Positions 6,998-12,645 of a DNA stretch of 12,645 bases are shown here, one piece after another. The notes under the pieces were generated by a model. It worked only from the letters and a program-made list of their open reading frames with translations. It had not been told where the DNA came from and made no database searches. Position numbers and translations under genes: made by a program. The stretch lies in NCBI GenBank assembly GCA_036338695.1, contig JAYZBQ010000067.1, forward strand, positions 1 to 12,645, in the 5' to 3' direction. How positions within the stretch are numbered: position 1 is the stretch's first letter; each line of letters starts with the position of its first letter. Origin of the DNA: Myxococcota bacterium. Lineage in GTDB: Bacteria > Myxococcota > UBA4151.

Positions 6998-9445
6998 ATG
7001 ACCCAGCGGCAGCTCGTGATGGCGGTGGCGCTTTTGATCGCCTGCGGCGACGACGTGGTGCGCGAGCAGGCGGCCGTATGCGGTGACGGGCTCGTTCAAG
7101 AGGGTGAGCTCTGCGATGACGGCAACGAGGTGGACACCGACGGTTGCCTGAGCGGTTGCGTCCCTGCGCGCTGCGGTGACGGCGTCGTGCGTACGGACCT
7201 CGGCGAGGGCATGACCGACTTTGAAGCCTGCGATGACGGCAACGACGTCGAGACCGACGCCTGCTTGACTACGTGCCAAGCGGCGCGCTGCGGCGACGGT
7301 TTTGTCGGCCCTGGCGAGGGCTGCGACGACGGCAACGAGGACCCGACCGACGCCTGCGCCGGCTGCTCACCGGCGAGCTGCGGCGATGGGGTCGTGCAGC
7401 GCGACGAGCAGTGCGACGATGGCAACGAGGTCGAGACCGACGCCTGCCTGAGCACCTGCGCCCGCGCTCGCTGCGGAGATGGGCAGCTGCGCACCGATCT
7501 AGCGCCCAGCGCGCCCGGTTATGAAGCCTGCGATGACGGCAACGCCGAACAGGGTGATGGCTGCACCGCAGCCTGCGCCGTGGCGCGCTGCGGCGACGGG
7601 ATCCAGCGCAGCGACCTGACCGTCGATGATGAGGGCTATGAAGCCTGCGATGACGGCAACGAGGTGCTCGGCGATGGGTGCACGCCCGAGTGCCGCCGAG
7701 AGCGCTGCGGGAACGGTGTACTCGATGAGGGCGAGCAGTGCGATGACGGTAACCAGATCGAGACCGACGCGTGCTTATCCGGGTGCCTACGCGCCCGCTG
7801 CGGCGATGGCGTGCTGCAAGAAGGCGTGGAGGAGTGCGATGACGGTAACCCGGTCGAGTCCGATGCGTGCTTGACCGACTGTCTCGTGGCGCGCTGCGGT
7901 GATGAGCATGTTTGGGCAGGGCGAGAAACCTGCGATGACGGGAACCGTATCGAGACGGACGCCTGCCTCAACGACTGCTCGGTAGCGCGTTGCGGTGATG
8001 GGGTGCGGCGCCTGGATTTACTGCTCGGCGAACCCGGTTTTGAAGCCTGCGACGATGGCAACGATGTCCAGAGCGACGCATGTTTGAATCAATGTGAATC
8101 AGCTGTTTGTGGTGATGGCATCGTACAGGAAGGAGTCGAGGGTTGTGATGACGGCAACCAGGAAGACGACGACGCGTGCCTGAGCGATTGTACAGAAGCC
8201 GCCTGCGGCGATGGCGTCGTCCATGTCGGTGTTGAGGCTTGTGATGACGCAAACGAGGTCGAAACAGATGCTTGTCGAAATGACTGCCGTCTTGCCGAGT
8301 GTGGTGACGGCATCGTCCACGAAGGAGTCGAGCTATGCGATGACGGGAATGAGGTGAATGCAGACGGCTGCGGCAACACCTGCCTTCCGACCTACTCTCC
8401 TTTGGCACTAGGTTTCGACGTGTCGTGCATCGTGAGCGCAGGTGTTCCCTATTGTATGGGTAGAAATGGAGGCGGTGAGGTCGGTGATGGGACGACGACA
8501 GCACGACTCGTCCCAACCCGTGTTCAAAACCTTCAAGCCGTCACCCAGGTTGCCACCGGTCGGCGTCACGCTTGCGCCCTAAAGGCGGATCAGACTGTCT
8601 GGTGCTGGGGGTATGGAAATTATGGTCAACTAGGTGATGGCAATACCGGAAACCACAGCGAACCGGTTCGCGTAAGCGGCCTGGTTGAGGTTGCTGAAAT
8701 CTCGGCACAAAGCTTTGGGACCTGCGCCCGTCGGACCGATGGTACTGTCTGGTGCTGGGGTCGGAATTTTGGAGGGGCGCTCGGTGATGGAACGACTGAT
8801 GATCAGTCATCGCCTCGTCAGGTGCAAAGGCTCGGCGATGTGGTCGAGCTGGTGACAGGGCAGGATCACGGGTGCGCTCGGTTGAGCAACAATCAAACTT
8901 GGTGTTGGGGATTTAATCGCTTTGGTACGTTAGGTGATGGGACCACAACCAATCGAAGCGTGCCCAGGCGAGTCATCAACGACACTGGATTTGTTGAGCT
9001 CGACGCAGGGCACTACATCACGTGTGCCCGTAAGGCGAATGGAACCGTATGGTGCTGGGGGTACAATCCATATGGTGAGCTGGGTGACGGAACCACCACA
9101 AATCGTGCATCTCCAACTCAAATGCTCGGGATAACCGATGCGATCGATGTCGCCTGTCCTGGCTATTATAAGACCTGCGTTCTTAAAGCCGACCGGACGA
9201 TGTGGTGCGTCGGCAACAATCGCGGAGGTCAACTCGGTGACGGGACGACGACAAATCGTAATCGGCTCCGACGTGTCCAAGGGCTGACCAACGTACGCTC
9301 TATGGCGAGAGGACCCTCAGGCTATCATATGATGGCGACGACCATGGACAACATCACCTTCTCTTGGGGTGATAACCCGTACGGTACGCTCGGTCTCGGC
9401 AACACTACCAGCTACACGACCCCGCAGCGCATCAACGGATTTTAA
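6998..9445 (+). CDS. Predicted lipoprotein (paralog 2): 13 Cys-rich repeats plus a C-terminal 7-bladed RCC1/BLIP-II-like beta-propeller
   Basis: RBS GGAGG upstream; signal peptide [16 protein letters not shown]16. Repeats span 7079-8383. The propeller (8402-9442) aligns without gaps to the paralog 1 head (about 236/347 identical by hand count). Confidence 0.9.
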   Translation: MTQRQLVMAVALLIACGDDVVREQAAVCGDGLVQEGELCDDGNEVDTDGCLSGCVPARCGDGVVRTDLGEGMTDFEACDDGNDVETDACLTTCQAARCGDGFVGPGEGCDDGNEDPTDACAGCSPASCGDGVVQRDEQCDDGNEVETDACLSTCARARCGDGQLRTDLAPSAPGYEACDDGNAEQGDGCTAACAVARCGDGIQRSDLTVDDEGYEACDDGNEVLGDGCTPECRRERCGNGVLDEGEQCDDGNQIETDACLSGCLRARCGDGVLQEGVEECDDGNPVESDACLTDCLVARCGDEHVWAGRETCDDGNRIETDACLNDCSVARCGDGVRRLDLLLGEPGFEACDDGNDVQSDACLNQCESAVCGDGIVQEGVEGCDDGNQEDDDACLSDCTEAACGDGVVHVGVEACDDANEVETDACRNDCRLAECGDGIVHEGVELCDDGNEVNADGCGNTCLPTYSPLALGFDVSCIVSAGVPYCMGRNGGGEVGDGTTTARLVPTRVQNLQAVTQVATGRRHACALKADQTVWCWGYGNYGQLGDGNTGNHSEPVRVSGLVEVAEISAQSFGTCARRTDGTVWCWGRNFGGALGDGTTDDQSSPRQVQRLGDVVELVTGQDHGCARLSNNQTWCWGFNRFGTLGDGTTTNRSVPRRVINDTGFVELDAGHYITCARKANGTVWCWGYNPYGELGDGTTTNRASPTQMLGITDAIDVACPGYYKTCVLKADRTMWCVGNNRGGQLGDGTTTNRNRLRRVQGLTNVRSMARGPSGYHMMATTMDNITFSWGDNPYGTLGLGNTTSYTTPQRINGF
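7079..8383 (+). repeat. Coding tandem array of 13 four-cysteine repeats
   Basis: Same CGDG...CDDGN...D.C...C units as in paralog 1. Confidence 0.95.
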
Positions 9446-9528
9446 CCCTGTCCAGCACCCCGCCTCCAGCCGCCGCCCCCGCTGCATGGCTCAGCCCCAA
9501 GCGCCTCGGGCTTGCCGCCGCCGCGCTG

Positions 9529-10140
9529 GTGGTCGCTTGCGCGCCGTTCGGGTTTCTGTCGCACCGTGCGGTGCGCGCCTGTCAGGAGGTCTCGGATCGC
9601 TGCGCCGACGCCGGCTGGATCTGGCAGGTCCTCGCCTCGATGACCCTGCTTGGGGCGCTGGTGTGCCTGTGCGCCGCCTTGATCGGCGCCGGTTGGCGTG
9701 CGCTGAGCCGCTTTGGGCGGTGGGCGCCGCGCCTCTTTGTCGCCGGTTTGCTGGTCTTTGTCGCCACCGCCTTCAACAATTACCGAACCCTTGGGTTGCG
9801 CTCAAAACATGCCGAGGTGCGCACCTTGTTGGCGGCGATGCAACGCGCCCAAGCCGCCGAGTTTGAGCAAAACGGCGCATACCGCGCAGGCGCTCGAGCG
9901 CCCGCGCTCGCCGAACACGGCGCGATGGAATGGGCGAGCGATCCCCCTCTCACCTCGGCCTGGGCGCTGCCCGGCTGGTCTTCGCCTCAGCGCACTTGGT
10001 GTCAGTATGAGGTCGACCTCGTCGCCGATGACTTCATCGCTCGGGCACTGTGTGATGTGGATCGTGACGGCGCCGTCGCTGTCTACGAGGCGCGCTCCAA
10101 AGGCTCGGTGCGCCGGGTGACGGCAGCGGATCTGTGGTGA
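9529..10140 (+). CDS. Membrane protein with a C-terminal type IV pilin (deltaproteobacterial PilA)-like domain; start uncertain, may extend to CTG 9448
   Basis: Hydrophobic segments are followed by FNNYRTLGLRSKHAEVRTLLAAMQRAQAAEFEQNGAY, resembling the pilin alpha1-C helix (RSKxxEAxxxLxxxxxAQxxxxxExxxY). Then come W..PGWS.....WCQYEV....DFIARALCDVDRDG..AVY. There is no G|FTLIE prepilin cleavage motif. The family is recognised by eye only. Confidence 0.6.
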   Translation: MVACAPFGFLSHRAVRACQEVSDRCADAGWIWQVLASMTLLGALVCLCAALIGAGWRALSRFGRWAPRLFVAGLLVFVATAFNNYRTLGLRSKHAEVRTLLAAMQRAQAAEFEQNGAYRAGARAPALAEHGAMEWASDPPLTSAWALPGWSSPQRTWCQYEVDLVADDFIARALCDVDRDGAVAVYEARSKGSVRRVTAADLW

Positions 10141-10219
10141 TGGGCTCGCTTGCTGCGGGGTTGCGCTGAGCGCCGAGCGGCGGGCACACTGCGGCGGTGA
10201 GATCGAGGAGTCGTCGGTG

Positions 10220-12645
10220 ATGATGAGCAAAACGTTCCTGCGCGTCGTGGGTTTAGCCGCTTGGGTTGTGATGATGTCCTGCGGTGAACAGGTCGTCGTA
10301 CGCGAGACGCAGGCGGAATGCGGCAACGGACAGCTCGACGGCGAAGAGCAATGCGATGACGGCAACACGCTCAACGACGACGCCTGCACCGCCGCGTGCC
10401 TCACAGCGACCTGTGGCGACGGCGTCACTCGGACCGACCTGGTAGCCGGTGACGAGGGCTTTGAGGCTTGCGATGATGGTAACCGAGTGGATGAAGACAG
10501 CTGCACCTCCACATGCAGCGTCGCGGTCTGCGGCGACGGCTTTGTGCGCGCCGACATCGCCGAAGGCGACTCGGGTTTTGAGGCCTGTGATGACGGCAAC
10601 GACGACGACCTCGACGCCTGTGTGGGTGACTGCGTGGCGGCGCGCTGCGGCGACGGTCTGGCGCGCGTCGATTTAGCCGAAGGCGAGCCGGGTTTTGAGG
10701 CCTGCGACGACGGCAACGAGGACGACACAGACGCCTGCCTGACCACCTGCGTGGCGGCGCGCTGCGGCGACGGGGTCGTCGGACCGGGCGAGGGGTGCGA
10801 TGATGGCAACGATGACCCGACCGACGACTGCAACGCCTGCCAGCCGGCCAGCTGCGGCGATGGGGTGTTGCAGGAGGGGGAGCGCTGCGACGACGGCAAC
10901 CTCACCGACACCGATGAGTGTCTGAGCACCTGCGCGCCGGCGCGCTGCGGCGACGGCGTGGTCTGGGCGGGTCAAGAGGGCTGCGATGATGGCAACGCCA
11001 ACGCTCAGGACGCCTGCACCGCGCTGTGCGAGCTCGCCCGCTGCGGCGACGGCGTGCATCGCCGCGATCTGCAACCCGAAGACCCTGAATTTGAGGAGTG
11101 TGACGACGCCAACGCCGTGCTCGGCGACGGCTGCTCCGACGCCTGCCTGATCGAGCGCTGCGGCAACGGGCGCGTCGATCACGGCGAAGCCTGCGACGAC
11201 GGCAACCAGGTCAACACCGACGCCTGCACCAACGGCTGCGCCTTGGCGCGCTGCGGTGACGGCGTGCGCCACCTCGGCGAGGAGGGCTGCGACGACGGCA
11301 ACATCGAGGTCGGCGACGGCTGCGACAGCCAGTGCCGCCTTGAGACCTGCGGGAACGGCCGCCTCGACGACGGCGAGGCCTGCGATGATGGCAACCGCGT
11401 CGAGACGGATGCGTGCCGGAACAATTGCGTCGTCGCCGCCTGCGGCGATGGGATTCAGCGTCGTGATCTCGAGGCCGGGCAGCCCGGGTTCGAAGCCTGC
11501 GATGACGGGAACCGCTCCGATACGGACGCCTGCCTGAGCGGGTGCACCCACGCCGCCTGCGGCGACGGTGTGGTCCGTGAGGGCGTGGAGGGCTGCGATG
11601 ACGGCAACGTCGGCGCCGGCGACGGCTGCGACGAGGTCTGCCGGGTGGAAGCCTGCGGCAACGGGCGCGTGGACGCAGGCGAGGGCTGCGATGACGGCAA
11701 CGAGGTGGTCGGCGATGGCTGCGATGCGCAGTGCCGCGCCGAGGTCTGCGGGAACGGGCGCGTGGACGCGGGCGAAGCCTGCGATGACGGCAACCGGGTG
11801 GAGACGGATGCGTGCACCAGCGGCTGCGCCCTAGCCCGCTGCGGCGACGGCATCCGGCGGCGTGATCTGGAGCCGGGCGCTGAGGGCTACGAGGCCTGTG
11901 ATGACGGCAACGAGGTCGACGACGACAGCTGCCGCAACACCTGCGCAGTGCAGCGCTGCGGCGATGGGGTGGTGGCGCGTAACCTCGAAGCCTGCGACGA
12001 CGGCAACCGCGTCAACACCGACGGCTGCCTCAACTCTTGCGAGCTCGCCCGCTGCGGTGACGGGGTGATCCAAGAGGGCGTGGAGGCTTGCGACGACAAC
12101 AACCGCGTGGACACGGATGCGTGCCGAAATACCTGCGTCCAGGCTCGCTGCGGCGACGGGGTGGTGCACGAGGGTGAAGAAGCCTGCGACGATGGAAACC
12201 AGACCCAGACCGACGCCTGCTTGAACAGCTGCGTCGCTGCGCGCTGCGGCGACGGGGTCGTCCAGGCGGGCGCCGAGGCGTGTGATGACGGCAACCAAGT
12301 CGACGGCGATGCCTGCTCCAACAACTGCGTTGCGGCGCCTCTTGGTAGCACCCAGGTTCGCGCCGCGCCGCATTGCCAAGCCATCCTTCAGGCCCATCCG
12401 CAGTCGCAAAGCGCCGCCTATTGGATCGACACGAACGGCGGCGCCACCGACGACGCCTTTCGTGCCTATTGCGACATGCAGACCGCAGGCGGCGGCTGGA
12501 CGCTCGGGTTCATCAAGAATTCGCGCCACACCTCGCCGATTAACGGGTTCGGCTCTGGGCGGCGAAGCCTGAGCCATTTGGCGCACAACCCCACGGCCTC
12601 GTCATCGAGTAACGAGAGCCGGATGGGCTGGCTCGATCTCAACGA
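10220..12645 (+). CDS. Predicted lipoprotein (paralog 3, 3'-truncated): 20 Cys-rich repeats plus a fibrinogen-like YCDxxxxGGGW domain
   Basis: Absent from the supplied ORF track because there is no stop in the window; translated by hand. RBS GAGGAG at 10205-10210, then MMSKTFLRVVGLAAWVVMMS-C-GEQVVVRETQAE-CGNG (alternative starts GTG 10217 and ATG 10223). Repeats span 10319-12328, followed by PLGSTQVRAAPHCQAILQAHPQSQSAAYWIDTNGGATDDAFRAYCDMQTAGGGWTLGFIK. Confidence 0.9.
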   Translation, partial: MMSKTFLRVVGLAAWVVMMSCGEQVVVRETQAECGNGQLDGEEQCDDGNTLNDDACTAACLTATCGDGVTRTDLVAGDEGFEACDDGNRVDEDSCTSTCSVAVCGDGFVRADIAEGDSGFEACDDGNDDDLDACVGDCVAARCGDGLARVDLAEGEPGFEACDDGNEDDTDACLTTCVAARCGDGVVGPGEGCDDGNDDPTDDCNACQPASCGDGVLQEGERCDDGNLTDTDECLSTCAPARCGDGVVWAGQEGCDDGNANAQDACTALCELARCGDGVHRRDLQPEDPEFEECDDANAVLGDGCSDACLIERCGNGRVDHGEACDDGNQVNTDACTNGCALARCGDGVRHLGEEGCDDGNIEVGDGCDSQCRLETCGNGRLDDGEACDDGNRVETDACRNNCVVAACGDGIQRRDLEAGQPGFEACDDGNRSDTDACLSGCTHAACGDGVVREGVEGCDDGNVGAGDGCDEVCRVEACGNGRVDAGEGCDDGNEVVGDGCDAQCRAEVCGNGRVDAGEACDDGNRVETDACTSGCALARCGDGIRRRDLEPGAEGYEACDDGNEVDDDSCRNTCAVQRCGDGVVARNLEACDDGNRVNTDGCLNSCELARCGDGVIQEGVEACDDNNRVDTDACRNTCVQARCGDGVVHEGEEACDDGNQTQTDACLNSCVAARCGDGVVQAGAEACDDGNQVDGDACSNNCVAAPLGSTQVRAAPHCQAILQAHPQSQSAAYWIDTNGGATDDAFRAYCDMQTAGGGWTLGFIKNSRHTSPINGFGSGRRSLSHLAHNPTASSSSNESRMGWLDLN
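10319..12328 (+). repeat. Coding tandem array of 20 four-cysteine repeats
   Basis: Same repeat classes as in paralogs 1 and 2, read directly from the sequence in the frame of ATG 10220. Confidence 0.93.

Noticed and set aside
5867..9442. Diversity-generating retroelement TR/VR pair formed by the two RCC1 heads
   Set aside because: Differences are not adenine-specific (e.g. GAC AAC AAC TAC versus AGA AAT GGA GGC; TAT AAT CCC TAT versus CGG AAT TTT GGA). Synonymous changes occur throughout, both copies are intact genes, and there is no reverse transcriptase in the window.
3326..12328. CRISPR-like or non-coding repeat array (recurring TGCGACGACGGCAAC)
   Set aside because: The repeats are in-frame codons for CDDGN with third-position variation and periods that are multiples of 3. 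No cas genes are present.
3291..12586. Many alternative-frame and antisense ORFs over the repeat genes (e.g. 4074..4910, 4907..5818, 9802..10929, 10673..11551, 11831..12586)
   Set aside because: These are shadow ORFs of high-GC repetitive coding DNA. Their PSSQAS/PSPQ and ATTAT repeats are simply other readings of the Cys-rich repeat.

Overview
High-GC (~65-70%) bacterial window, probably from a Myxococcota/deltaproteobacterium-like organism (inferred from the myxobacterial Cys-rich repeats and a PilA-like domain). The left part is housekeeping: the 3' end of methylmalonyl-CoA mutase, its GTPase chaperone meaB, and a convergent RETSAT/phytoene-desaturase-family FAD oxidoreductase. From 3245 to the window end is a tandem array of three paralogous predicted lipoproteins. 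They share a signal peptide/tether and a stalk of 4-Cys 'CG(D/N)G...E.CDDGN....D.C...C' repeats (25, 13 and 20 copies by hand count), but their C-terminal heads differ. Two heads are 7-bladed RCC1/BLIP-II-like propellers whose differences are concentrated in two loop classes. The third is a fibrinogen-like YCDxxxxGGGW domain; this gene runs off the window and is missing from the supplied ORF track. A membrane-anchored pilin-like gene lies between the second and third paralogs. The most interesting signals are the stalk-plus-variable-head architecture, the loop-focused variation, an AT-shifted 3' half of paralog 2, a strict junction rule among the repeats, and a shared upstream motif.
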